Notes: generated by a model not told the origin, from the letters alone. DNA of 64,000 bases from Phoronis australis (GCA_002633005.1 NMRA01000125.1:456413-520412), one strand, 5' to 3'; positions 50,560 through 63,034 are shown, counted from the first letter of the stretch. Numbers and translations are program-made.

Positions 50560-51341
50560 GCATGTTTAATAAAGCAGATTTATTGTCTGTAACATCACAT
50601 CTACAAACAAGAATGTACAGTGTATAACATACCTCAACTTTGCACTATAACAAAATTTATGACTGGTACATTCGCTTGCTAAAGTCTGTTTTGAAGTTCA
50701 CCTTGATGTGCAAAAACTGGAAACATGGGTGGGGACACAAAGCTATTCTGTGAAAAAGTCACAAAAATATGTAGTTCTGAATGAGTTCCATCATGTTTCA
50801 GAGGCTCTGTATTATGCCTGAAGGGCGTGAGCCAAGCATCATTGTAGGACACTAAGTTCAGCTTCAGGGACCGGTAACTCCTCCAAAATTGCACTGAGAT
50901 TCGAATTGATAGAATCTGTATTACTTGTGACTGTTGTATTAGTTTCGCAGTCACTGTCAACGTCACTTTCGAGTGCCAATTCCAGCTCGTTTTCACTATC
51001 TAAGTCCACGAACACTTCCTCAAGAAACTGGTCAACAGTCTTCTTGCCACGTTTGGCACCAGCCAAGATAAAACTTGCGTAAACTTTCAAATATCTCGAT
51101 AACAACTCACCACAGCCATATGTTGTAAATCAGAAAAATGTACAGGAAACTATGAACTGTGGAATGCGCACACATATATAAACAGCATACAATTTCTGAA
51201 TGAAAAACACCAGTGTCCTGGGGTGAGTTCACCCTCCTTGCGTAGTCTAGCTGCAGCTTATTATAGGCGATTGAGTACACCCGACGCATTTCAATAAGAT
51301 AATTGGCTTGTCGGCTGACCTCGCCTAGCGCAGGATAAGGA
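50560..51341 (-). mobile_element. Internally deleted piggyBac relic
   Basis: Minus strand TTAA|TCCTT.. end (TTAA 51342-51345). Acidic N-terminus AKRGKKTVDQFLEEVFVDLDSENE...SDVDSD and frameshifted C-terminal Cys-rich motif RTTYFCDF..LC..PCFQFLH; catalytic core absent. Confidence 0.6.
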
Positions 51342-51595
51342 TTAAAGATGTAACACCAAAAATCAAAGCTAAGCCACTTTGAAAATTGTGTCATTGTGTC
51401 ATCTGCCTGTTGATAAAAGTTTAGTTTAGTGGTGCATTCTATACAAGTATTTGAAGTTGTGTCTTGCCGTGCAGCATTAAGTTGTTTTTAAGCCAGTGTC
51501 AGGTAAATGGGTATTTATTTTACAGCTTTTTGAAACCATGCATTTCATGCATATATTGTTTTAGAAATACACGAATGTGTAAATTTGCATTTTAG

Positions 51596-51728
51596 AAACA
51601 GGCGCAATGTAACAATATGACTGCTGGATTGGCTGCCATGACGACAGAATGCTCTGGCACTCAGGCGGCTGGTGGAAACAGTGCGTCGGGCCTCCAGATG
51701 GCCGGAATGTTGAACTCAGTTATGTCAG
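51596..51728 (+). CDS. C10orf88: C10orf88/PAAT coding exon 5
   Basis: TTTTAG| KQAQCNNMTAGLAA...MLNSVMS G|GTGAGT; an in-frame alternative acceptor lies 6 nt downstream. Confidence 0.8.
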
Positions 51729-52807
51729 GTGAGTTATGAATGAATCAATGAATGCAGCGTTTGGTGATGTGCAAGAATGCCTGAAATTTCTGATAATGAG
51801 CCCCGAGGCGTGTGTTCGAACAGTGCAATAGTTTTACCTTTCTTGCTTATAAGTAAAAGTGTGGGTGTGCTTGTGTGTACTTTAGAAATAGTGGGATTAT
51901 AATTAACGACAATGTGCTTGCAACATTGGTATGGAATGAGGACATATTTGTTATGAAGAGAGTTGATAGTCAGGGCCCTCGATGGTTTGGGGCTCAGTAC
52001 TGGCCTCATTACCCTCTGAAAATGTTTTGAAATGAAATTACCCTCACCAGTCCCCAAAATCACCCTCATATGATTTGCCCTTTAAGTTAAAATTATTTCT
52101 ACAAAATGTTGGAGGTATAGCCATTTATTTTGCCAATGGGGGGGGGGAGTGTGGAATTAACTAGTGCTGCCTGGTGGAGGATTTTTCCAGCAACCTAGAA
52201 ATTCCTAGTTTATTTTGTAGATAAGCAAAAATGTCCTGAAATAAATGATTTCTAGTTTCTTATCAATTCTTGTTGTGGGTTTGTCACACTCCGACACGGT
52301 TTATTTTGGGAACCCTACATAATGTAGAAAGTATATTAAAAAGTGTGGCCCTGAAAGCAAGCCTGTGGTAGAACTTTCTTTTTCGAAAAATTGAGGCTCG
52401 AATTTAATGGCATGTCATATGTCATGAGTGTTGTCCTGTCTGGCTAACGAAACTATGCTTTTCTTTCAAGCAACCATAATAAATTATTTTTATCATGTGA
52501 TTCGTGTACTGAACAGTGTCTTAAAGGAACTCAAATGGAAACATTCAGTTCAACAGGCTGTGGAATGTGGCAGTGTCATATGTCTCAAAAATAATTTGTA
52601 AGAAAAGTTTGGTTTGTATAGCACAGCCATCACCAAACAGGATTTGGTAAAATTTCAAAGACTTGAAACAATGTAATTTAACATCAAGAAGTAGAAAAAA
52701 TGCAAATTTTGTAGAATTTTTAGTGTACTTAAAAGGTGGAATGCTTGTTAAAGTTACTATGAATAGCATCAGTATTCCCATACCCGAGGTGCCAACTTGT
52801 TTTATAG

Positions 52808-52958
52808 TGTTGGGTATACCACAAGTGACCTCTGGTGAGGAACAGCTGATGTACTTGAAGCTTCAGGACTTGTGCACTCGGCTAGGCCAGCAGAAGCTAC
52901 AACAGGATCAACCAGTTGAGGGAGCCACGCACCAGCCTGTCTGTGACCAACTATCCAG
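52808..52958 (+). CDS. C10orf88: C10orf88/PAAT coding exon 6
   Basis: TTATAG| LGIPQVTSGEEQLMYLKLQDLCTRLGQQK...DQLS AG|GTACTA. Confidence 0.82.
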
Positions 52959-54575
52959 GTACTATGTGTACTGCACATAATGTGGTCTCTCTCAAATAAA
53001 CCAGCTTTTCATGGTGTTCGTTTTTAGTGTTTTGTGCAGGATGGACACAAAAAGAGCACGCAATAATCACATAATATCAGGAAGAGATAACCAGGAAGGG
53101 ACAACTAGCTAAACCGCCGTTTTTGGCCTCCTTCCCCGGACTAATTTCAAGACTTAAGTTTCGTTTAAAAGGAAACAGATGATTTTATCAGAGAGATTAA
53201 AGNGTATTTCGCAGTTTTTGTTGTCGAGTCGGGTGTCGCTGTGGTAACATGGGTTCCAGTGTCTCACCTTGTTAAAAAAATTAGCTGCCTCAAGGTTTGT
53301 CACTGATTTGTGAAAGCAACTATAAATCTGCATTCCTTAAAAGTAATTAACATTTGATTTAAACCAGTTACTGCCATAAAACTGATTTCAAATCTATTCC
53401 CAATTCAGATGAAATTGTTTTTGAGCTTGGAAAAACCAGACAGTTCATTATTTAATTCCAAACTCAGTGCCTATGATAATGACCTGCCGTGACAGGCTGA
53501 GCCTGGTCTTGGGCAATGACAAACCTCTTCTTTGACTAGGAACAATTACAAACCTATGTCATTGTTGTTAGTGGTCTAAATCACGGGACAGCTGATAAAA
53601 AACCTCCAATTATTGCCTTAGTTGTAAAGTGATTTGGCGTGTCCATCCTTGACTATCATTATGAGACGTGCATGTATTTCATTGGGCTGTCTTGGCTTGC
53701 TTTGTTTTTTCGTACGTCAGTAGAATTATTCCTAAACCAGACAAGTTCGCTTTAGCTTGTCAAGTCTGTAGCATGGAACATCTTTGGAATTGAAAGGTGG
53801 TATTTTTGGAGCCTTAAGCCATGTTGAACTTGTTGCATCATATTTTAAACGTGCTGGTTTTCAGGAATTCAAGTCTGACTGTGCAGTCTCACTTTAAAGA
53901 TGCTCCGTTTCTATTCAATTAAAATCTTCACATTAAAATTAATTTGACCACAAATCAATCTAGTTTTAAGGGAGCGTTCACTTATTGCCTCATCCTAAGT
54001 TTGTCACTTTTTATCCCCTCTGTCACCACCCATCATCCTGATATAACCCCCCTTCCATCTTCTAATTACGTTATCACAGCCAAACCCCGCCTGTTTAGGC
54101 AGTGATGGAGTGGGTCTGTAGTTTGGGTACTTGCTTATAAAGTAAGCCTAATGAAATATCAAGTCTTGGAAGCATGAAACAGTGGGTCATGGTTTTGGAA
54201 TTGGTCAATTGTACTAGAAGGTGAACCAGTTTCCCAACGACATGTACCGTGATGGAGATATTCTAATAAACCACACAATGACATCACCATGAGTGCAACC
54301 CCCTCCCTCATCATCTTTCCAAACCTCGTCCCCCCTGGAGTGATGATGTGATATGTGAGTGCTCTCTAATCAAATATTTATTTTCATGTGCACAGTGAAA
54401 CTATGGAATTTTCAAACTTAATGTTTGAATAACAGGCGATGCCACAGCAAAATAGCCACCACATTGGATTGGCATTCCAGTTCACACACTGTAATTTATG
54501 CAATGTTTCCATTTTATTGATGTCATTTTTAAATTTTGGTTTAAAAAGTGCATGGCCCTTTAAATGTGCTTTCAG

Positions 54576-54783
54576 CTTGCCAGCAGATGTAGGCGAGACC
54601 AGCAGCACAAAAGCTGTGGAGGAGTTACAAACGTCTACAGCAAAGGAACTAAGTGCAATGGAGAAGCGTATTATGAGTGCGGTTGATGAAAAAGTAGACA
54701 AACTGGAGCAGAAGCTCTCAAAAAAACTAGACATGTTGCTAGAGGCCGTATGTAAAAGCCAGCACTACATGGGCCTAGACTGA
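54576..54783 (+). CDS. C10orf88: C10orf88/PAAT last coding exon (coiled coil)
   Basis: TTTCAG| LPADVGE...ELSAMEKRIMSAVDEKVDKLEQKLSKKLDMLLEAV...LD*. Confidence 0.88.
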
Positions 54784-55067
54784 ATGTGGCGGGAATATTT
54801 GTTAGCTTTTTTTTAAAGTTGAGTTTTGCATTTCCCCTCGAGGACCAAAGTGTTGGCCTGTTTCACTTAACATCACCAATGCGTGCCAATGCCCCCTTAC
54901 CGGTCTTCCTGTTAAATCTGGATGCTGTTTTGTTGATTCTGAAGAGTCGTTTCTGGTTTATTGTGTAGAGAAACGGAGTGTTTCAGTGATCTGTGATTGT
55001 AAAGAAATGTAACTTAACATCATGTTTATATAGAATGTAATTTTACTCTAGTTTTGTTTATGGATGT

Positions 55068-55073
55068 AATAAA
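55068..55073 (+). terminator. Polyadenylation signal of C10orf88
   Basis: AATAAA about 285 nt after the stop, preceded by TGTA elements. Confidence 0.55.
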
Positions 55074-55667
55074 CATACTCTGTCACACTTCCCCTCATTT
55101 CATTGTTGCAGTTAAAAACAAGTCTCTTTTTACCTCTTGTCACAATACATTTACTACATTTAGCCTTTTTACTTATACTTGGTGACATTGTTTGTATATA
55201 CAACATACCCTGTAAGACAAAAAGAAAACAACTCCATCAGTTTTTAATATATATTACATAAAATAAGGTATTCGTAGCAGAACCAACCTGCATTCCACAA
55301 CGTTTGACAATAGCTAACACACCGCCGAGAACTCTGAAAGCAGGAAAGCAACTTCCACTTATCAAATCTCAAAACTCTGTTATATGGGGTGAGCTGACGA
55401 AGATGGCACTTATTTCATCCACAGACACTTGGCAAAGTTTGCTTTTTTGCAAGACCAATTTATTAACTCTTTGCACAACAGCACCTGACTTGGTAATTGA
55501 CGGCAGGGGTATTGAGCAATTAAATGCCACTTTAATTATCCATCCATATCACCAGTGAAATGTAGGTGGCGCTGTACATTTTCCATCAAGCAGTCCTATC
55601 ATTTTCCAATGACGCGTGTATTTCAAAAAGTAGTGGCACCAGAAAATAACTTATTGTTTGCCAGTCT

Positions 55668-55744
55668 TCAGGTAGTTGAAAACAACTTGTGAATTATCTC
55701 TTGGTGAGTTGCTGGTTGAGGTAAGGACCTCGAATGATGAGCCA
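55668..55744 (-). CDS. Fta4/Nkp1-like gene last exon
   Basis: TTGCAG| (L)AHHSRSLPQPATHQEIIHKLFSTT*. Confidence 0.7.
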
Positions 55745-56107
55745 CTGCAACAGAACATTTTCATATTTCAAAACAGCTCAAAATGCAACGATGACTAGAT
55801 CATGTTCGCACCTTGCTTGTACTTTGGATTTAGAAAAGTAAATGCACCTACTGTTTTCCTCTTTCACTATATTTGACTTTATACTTAGAAAGGAACAAAA
55901 TTTTAAATTATTCCACAGATCACAAGAATGACGCTAAATAACTGACTTATAAGTAGAACTTTATCTAAGACCCTAGCTGGATTGATTTGGTAAATGCAGA
56001 AGCAAATTTTCAATTACAGAATGTGGTTCTAGGTGAAAACAATTTTTATCACAGGACAACTTTTCCCACTGACACAAACTTCAAATTTATGTTTGGTGAG
56101 TTACATT

Positions 56108-57045
56108 TTAAAAAAGATTATGTAGGAATATATCTCAGAAATGGTTGATGGGATTCGCATAAAACTAAGACACTGCTCCAGAAAATGCTGTTCGTAATTG
56201 TTATAGAAATGTTCTACTGTTTCACAAGGGGCTATTAAAAATACGAGTCAAGAAAAAATTTTAGAGCTGCAGAAATCGAAAACAAAATATTTAGAAAACC
56301 GTAACAGCATTTTTGATATTTTATCTTTAACGTTTACATCATATTATTATGTTGGATCATGTTATTATTGATCCTGTTGTTTTGCTATGAATGTACCTTT
56401 CTTTTTTGCTAAATTTTCCTAAAAAGCATGGTCACGTAACCTAATTAATGGCAGATTGGTATAGAGTCAAAAATCAAATTCTACAAAATTTCTGCTTTTA
56501 GACAGTCACTATACTTTTGCCGAGTTAGGGATAAGTAGGACCTTATCGATCAGACTGTACATTCAGCCAAATGAAATACAATACAGTATAAATTCTGGAA
56601 AGTTTTATTTTTGACTTTGAACACACCTGCCACTAATTAGGTCACATGACCTTGCTTTTTAGGAAATGTTAAGGAAAAAAGAAAGGAACATTGTTCATAG
56701 CAAAACAACAGGATCATTAACATGACAAAATTTCCAAAGATATCTAATGGTCTACGATATAATCTCAAAAATGCTGTTTCATTTTCGGTTTATGTAACTT
56801 TTTTCATTAATCATATAAGTCCTAGTTTTTAATAGCCCTCATACAAAAAAGGAACATTTTAAAAACAATTCTCAATAGCATTTTGTAAAATGGTGCATAA
56901 ACTATAAACTTCTCTGATAGGATATTCCAAATTTGGCAAAAATTGGACATTTTACATTGTCCCAAATAACCTTGAAATTCAGCTTTCTAAATATTTTACT
57001 ATTTGCACAGACTTGTCACTAAGGTCCTACATTTCCTTCACATAC
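56108..57045. mobile_element. Two adjacent, oppositely oriented family A elements
   Basis: 56108-56527 and 56528-57045; the second has TIRs GTAGGACCTTA / TAAGGTCCTAC, and the interiors are reverse-complement similar. Confidence 0.55.
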
Positions 57046-57925
57046 GGTCCTACATTTCCTTCACATACGGTCCTACATTTCCTTCACANTTAGAGCTGCA
57101 GAAATCGAAAACAAAATATTTAGAAAACCGTAACAGCATTTTTGATATTTTATCTTTAACGTTTATATCATATTATTATTATTATTATTATTATGTTGAA
57201 TCATGTTATTATTGATCCTGTTGTTTTGCTATGAACGTACCTTTCTCTAAATTTTCCTAAAAAGCATGGTCACGTAACCTAATTAATGGCAGATTGGTAT
57301 AGAGTCAAAAATCAAATTCTACAAAATTTCTGCTCCTAGACAGTCACTATACTTTTGCCGAGTTAGGGATAAGTAGGACCTTATCGATCAGACTGTACAT
57401 TCAGCCAAATGAAATATCTACAATACAGTATAAATTCTGGAAAGTTTTATTTTTGACTTTGAACCAACCTGCCACTAATAAGGTCACATGACCTTGCTTT
57501 TTAGGAAATGTTAAGGAAAAAAGAAAGGAACATTGTTCATAGCAAAACAACAGGATCATTAACACGACAAAATTTCCGAAGATATCTAATGGTCTACGAT
57601 ATAATCTCAAAAATGCTGTTTCATTTTCGGTTTATGTAACTTTTTTCATTAATCATATAAGTCCTAGTTTTTAATAGCCCTCATGCAAAAAAGGAACATT
57701 TTAAAAACAATTTCCCATAGCATTTTGTAAAATGGTGCATAAACTTTGAACCAAGCATCTGAAAGTTTCATGTGGATCTAATCATCCACTTCTCTGATAG
57801 GATATTCCAAATTTGGCAAAAATTGGACATTTTACATTGTCCCAAATAACCTTGAAATTCAGTTTTTTTGTAAATATTTTAGTATTTGCACAGACTTGTC
57901 ACTAAGGTCCTACATTTCCTTCACA
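56261..57925. repeat. About 800-bp direct duplication split by a single n (likely assembly artefact)
   Basis: 56261-57042 repeated at 57090-57925; n at 57089, preceded by 3 copies of a 23-mer. Confidence 0.85.
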
Positions 57926-57954
57926 TCATACTCTAAATGATATTTACAACTTAC

Positions 57955-58020
57955 AAATCTGAGTTGGATTCATGTTGCCTCTCTCGCTTTGCTTCTCCAA
58001 GACTGTTCTAACTCTTGATA
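57955..58020 (-). CDS. Fta4/Nkp1-like gene exon
   Basis: TTTCAG| (V)SRVRTVLEKQSERGNMNPTQI T|GTAAGT. Confidence 0.75.
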
Positions 58021-58231
58021 CTGAAAAAGTTTTTACAAAATTCAAATCAAAGCAATCACTTTGTCAATGATATTGTAAATATTTCCACCTGATAGTTTTC
58101 TAACCAGAAAATTTTTCTAATGCGCCTCATTTATGACACACTAGTCTTGTCCATTTTGTCGGCAACAGTTGCTTTGCAATAGAATGCATATAAACATGCC
58201 CCCCCCAAAAAAAAAACAACACAGAAAAATA

Positions 58232-58562
58232 ATGAACCTACCAGCAACTGAGAAAAAATCCTGATTCATACAATCAGGTCATGCGACAGGCATACTGTAA
58301 CTCTCACCAGATTCAAACGGCTTTGAAGCAAATTACATTCCGGCATCCACAGTAGAGTTTTGAAAATAAATTCGACAGGCTTCAACAGAACTCGTCNATG
58401 AACCTACCAGCAACTGAGAAAAAATCCTGATTCATACAATCAGGTCATGCGACAGGCATACTGTAACTCTCACCAGATTCAAACAGCTTTGAAGCAAATT
58501 ACATTCCGGCATCCACAGTAGAGTTTTGAAAATAAATTCGACAGGCTTCAACAGAACTCGTC
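58232..58562. repeat. 165-bp direct duplication split by a single n (likely assembly artefact)
   Basis: 58232-58396 repeated at 58398-58562; n at 58397. Confidence 0.9.
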
Positions 58563-58969
58563 ATAATTTAAAACGGTCTATAGTTGAAAAGAAATGAATG
58601 TTTAGATGAATTTATGAGTAAAGAAACTGAGCAGAATTTCCATGTTGTCCAGTTTATTTTGAAAACCACTGTCAGTTAAAAACAGAATAACTTTTCACCT
58701 AAAGTTTGCAAATTATTCTTAGGTGATTTTAATAGTGTTACTGTTTTCTTGAAATTTTCGTCATAATTTCTGCTAAACTTCAGACATGGGTTTTGTCCAT
58801 TTTAACAAGACCAACACAAAGTATTGAAATGAGTGCACTAATCCACTGCAAACAGTAATTATGCTTCTAGGGGTGTTTACATACATAAAATGGCCACTAT
58901 ATGGTGTAGAAAACATTGAACCCATGTGAAAACGGAAAAGCATTGTTATCTCCCTCATACGAAATTATT

Positions 58970-59390
58970 TGGCACAGTTTAAAATCTGAAGGAACTCCAT
59001 AATCCAAGGATACAGAGGCAAATGTAAAAGTTGACAATAGACGGTACAGCAGCAGTTGGATCCATTCAGTTGTCAACTTCATTGGGTTATACTCGCTAAA
59101 CAATTCACAAAGATCCAGCAAGAAATGTAGGAGATGTAGCTGTAGATGCAAAAAAATGCCACTAGGGGGCACCAACACAGTCGAACCAAATTGCATGAAA
59201 AACCATCAAGGAACTGTGAAGATGCAAAGCAAAACAAATTGCCACTGAGGCCACAGAGACAGTTAAGATCTGTCCAAAAGTTGTGGTCAGCCATAGTCCT
59301 ACTGATAGGAAAACATTTGCCAAATTTCACTCCAGAAAGCGTTTAGCAGATACAGCAAGAAGACCAGACAGAGCTGACGGCAAATGCTCC
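58970..59390. repeat. Degenerate tandem array, same unit as 61.8-62.9 kb
   Basis: Recurring CCAAATTTCAC/ATG.AA...AGATACAG...GCCACTAGGGG units. Confidence 0.55.
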
Positions 59391-59439
59391 CATATGAGAA
59401 CGCATAAAAATCAGTAGTATTGAATAATGTGCACTGTAC

Positions 59440-59533
59440 CAAGGGACTCTGTTCTTTTTATCTCTGCATTCATCTGGTCACAAGTCTGAGTCTCCATCAA
59501 TGCCTCGACTTGCTGTAGTTTACCCGCAAAAGC
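59440..59533 (-). CDS. Fta4/Nkp1-like gene exon
   Basis: CTCCAG| AFAGKLQQVEALMETQTCDQMNAEIKRTESL G|GTACAG. Confidence 0.75.
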
Positions 59534-61029
59534 CTGGAGTGAGAAATGTGTGCATCATAGGCTGTGTTCGGCAGACGTAAGAATCTCTTGAATGCAAGAC
59601 TTCGCAGTGCATTATGACCGATCACATGTGACCACACTTGGCTTTTTTCGTGAGTCTCTTAAGTCTACGGAACACAGCTCAGGATAATAGGAATCCGGTT
59701 TAAAAGACATCCAACGGCAATCTTAATGTAAAACAATTAATTACAATTAATCATTATTAAAAATCTTAATTTGGCATAAGGAAATAATACACTGAGAAAA
59801 CATGATTTTAAAATTTGTTTTGACTGTTAAGTTTGCCACGACTACTTACATTAAAATAAGTCACTCATCATCCTATTATGAATGTTACTAGTAAGATTTT
59901 GAAGAAAAACATTTCCAGGGAGACTCCACGAGATGGTTGTTAAATACAAAAAAATATAACAGGGAAATCTGTATGATAAAAGTAAAAAACAACATTTCTC
60001 AAATTACTAAATAAATTAATGTACTATTGAAAAATCTCTAAGATTTTTTTAAAGTCACAAGGATTTTGTTTGTAGTGAAATTCATGACTTTTGATTAATC
60101 CATAAGGATTGACATGTAACAATTCCCCGGATGTCAGTAAAATGCATCCAAACATAACTCGTGTACAACTCCTAATTTTTAGTGAACTGCACACTCACAT
60201 ACTAAAAACTAAGTATGGCAAAACTTCACCAATTTTGGACAAACAATTGCCAAAATGGATCTTTTTTCAATTTTCAATTCTTTCAAAACATTCTCTGATA
60301 GTAGACAAAGCTTAAACACCAAAATGTATAAATTTGATGCTGTATATCTTTTATAGAGAAAAGGAGAACATAAATTTCACTTGTCTGCCATATTGTGTCA
60401 TAAATTGGGGAGATTTTACCGGATGTTTTTGCAACACTGAGACACAGAGTTCCAGTCTTATGACCTTTGAACTTCATGCAACTTATGACTTTTGAACTTC
60501 AATGCAGTTTCTGACAAAAAACAATTCAAGTTGCCCTATCAGTGATCGCGAGGCAGCAACGCATCAGTTAGTGAGTTTTTGCCCTGGGATTTCCCACAAT
60601 TTTCTGAAAGATGTTTGTAATTTAACAACTAAGTTTGATAGCGATGCACCACAATTTTGTGGAAAGTCTGTCATAGGCTACAAATACATCCCAGAGTGTA
60701 AATTTGATGAATCCTAGCTTCCAATTTCACCTTTTTCAGAGACTGGGTTTCAACCGCCTTAGGCTACAATAAGTGCCCCAATCCCAAAACCTAGGGGGCT
60801 TATTAGGGCGAATACAGTAGTCTAACTTCAAAAAATGGAGCTTTTGCTTAAACATCTCCTCCTGACAGAAGTTTAAAATTTTGGAGCCAAAAAATTTCAA
60901 CAAATTTACAAGTACTACTTTACATAATTTTCACAAGTGATGAAATTGGTCAACTTTTTATGAAAACTACAATGACAAGTGACAACATTTTTTGTCCAAG
61001 CAAGGCATCAAAAGAAGCTGAAAGCCAAC

Positions 61030-61108
61030 CTTGCGCTTTGCACTCTTTATTTTCTCTTCTTGCAGTTGAGCAGTAAGGTGAACTAGTTGTCTTTTCAACA
61101 ATGCATAC
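61030..61108 (-). CDS. Fta4/Nkp1-like gene exon
   Basis: TTCCAG| (R)YALLKRQLVHLTAQLQEEKIKSAKRK |GTTGGC. Confidence 0.75.
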
Positions 61109-61189
61109 CTGGAAATTTTCGAAAAACAACATTAAGTGTCCTACATACTGAGAAAAATCAAAAAACAATTCAGAGAAGCATAGGTTGAA

Positions 61190-61395
61190 AGTGAGAGGAG
61201 AAACAGAGGAGAGGGGGGGAGGGAGATGGGGGAGGTAGGCAGGTAGGGAAGTAGAGAGGGAGGGAGAGAGGAGGGAGGGAGGGGGAGAGGCAGGGAGGGA
61301 TGGAGGGAGAGGGAGGGACGAGGCGAGGAAGGGAGGGAGCGGAGGAAGGGAGGGAGGGAGACAGAGAGAGAGGAAGCAGGGAGGGAGAGGAGGGA
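61190..61395 (+). repeat. Low-complexity polypurine (GGGA/GAGG) tract
   Basis: About 200 bp almost exclusively G/A. Confidence 0.9.
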
Positions 61396-61782
61396 ATAAA
61401 TCTAGCATCAATGTACTGTAGGACAGGACAATGACCAAAATTAAAATTGTTTACAAACATTGTCTCATGAGCTTGAGTTAAGAGCCACAATTTTTAAATT
61501 CTTTATGGTTTATAGGGTTTCCTCAAATGAACAGTGTTAACTTTGCAATTATTAAGCAGAAACAGGGGTTAATGAAAAACAGGACCATTTATTTTAGCGT
61601 GACATTAGATTGATTAGATCAGCTACAAAGAAAACTTGACTAACGGTTCCATTAACACCATAAATTATCTTTTAGCTACAGAGCATAATATATTGGTCCA
61701 CACTCCATGTTGGTGTTGCAGGTACATTTTCGATTGCGTTTTTGAAAATATGTCTGGGCTTATATTTGCATGACAAGATTAA

Positions 61783-62880
61783 AAACAAGAGCAACATGTC
61801 GCATTGAAATGCACCCATGACTGCACCACAAACAAAATGCTTCTAAGGCTGTTTATTATTATCCTAAAATGTTAGGAGGATGGTACAGAATACATCAAAC
61901 CCGTCTCAAAATGGAACAGTGTCGTTGTCTCTCTAATACCAAACTAGTTGGCTGCCAATTTTCGCAAAGGAACTCTACAGATACAGAGGCAAACCTAAAA
62001 AAATCAAACTGCAACTAGAAGGCAAAGCTTCAGCAGGATTCGTCTATCAGATGTCAAGTTCATTGGAATTACTTGTCAAATTTCACAAAGATCCTATAAT
62101 GGGTGTAGGAGATACAGCTGCAGATGTAAAAATGTCACTAGGTGCTCCCCAGTAGTTGGGTATGACTAAAAATCAATGTCAGTCATGCTCTTGACAGTAG
62201 TAACACTATCTGCCAATTTTCATAATGATCCTCAGCGCGATTTGGCAGATACCAAGGCAGATGACACAAAAATAATGAAAATGGCCACTAGACGGCCGTG
62301 ATGTCATCTCCATGCCAAATTTCACAAAAAAATCATCAAGGAACTCTTAAGATACAAAGGCAAACATAAAAAACATCAAAATTGCTACTGGGGTGGAAGT
62401 TGGATCGTTCCAAAACTCCTCGCCGTCCGTAATCTCCACCATAGGAACTCCCGAGCCAAATTTCACAAAGTTCCTTCAAAGGGTTAGGGAGACAGTCGCG
62501 GACGCAAAAAACAAAACTACTATCAGGAGGCTTCACAACAGATGGACCCATCAACATCAGTCATATTGTTTTCGTCAGGGACACATCTGCCAATTTTTAC
62601 GATCCTACGAGCGGCTTAGCAGATAGAGAGGTGAACCAAAAGCACGGAATAAATAAAATTTACAACTAGGTGGCACAGAATCCGTCCAAATACGGAAATG
62701 CATCGACATCTCCTTAATAGAAAACTAATTACAATTCATCAACAAATGCTGAGGATACAAAAGCGACCATAAAAAACTAAAGTTGCCACTAGGGGGCACA
62801 ACAGTAGTCACAGCACTCTGAAACTAGTTATCATCCATCATAACAACACATCTGGCAAATGTTATTGACATCCTGCAAGG
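61783..62880. mobile_element. Element with internal degenerate tandem array (about 100-140-bp period), Helentron/HINE-like by inference
   Basis: Starts AAACAAGAG; units beginning GCCAA(A/T)TTTCA at about 61954, 62075, 62212, 62314, 62455 and 62589. Confidence 0.5.
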
Positions 62881-63034
62881 GGTTTAAGTTATGCAGCAGT
62901 GGGTGCTGGATATGAAGCATCCGACGCCTAGACAAAGATCGCCACAATACGCACCCACAAAAAATAAATGTCCTGAGAAAGAAGCCATTTTCCAAATACA
63001 CGACCAGGGGCTTACTACCACAAATTCCCAATAC

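Larger units (their letters stand above)
44118..54783 (+). other. C10orf88: Gene span: C10orf88 / PAAT homolog, 355 aa
   Basis: join(44118-44224,48166-48281,49128-49276,49591-49794,51596-51728,52808-52958,54576-54783) = 1068 nt, GT-AG and frame-consistent. Motifs STW, PCTL, SARRVEV..YLCT, MDKVNEMMRDMG, LQDLCTRL and MEKRIMSAVDEKVDKLE match C10orf88 in order. Confidence 0.88.

Noticed and set aside
57022-57088. Three copies of a 23-mer (CRISPR-like appearance)
   Set aside because: No spacers, eukaryotic context, located at a contig end next to n, and single-copy in the duplicate.
60950-61490. Pro/Ser/Leu-rich ORFs of 162 and 106 aa
   Set aside because: Translations of the low-complexity polypurine tract; the real exon 61108-61030 is in another frame.
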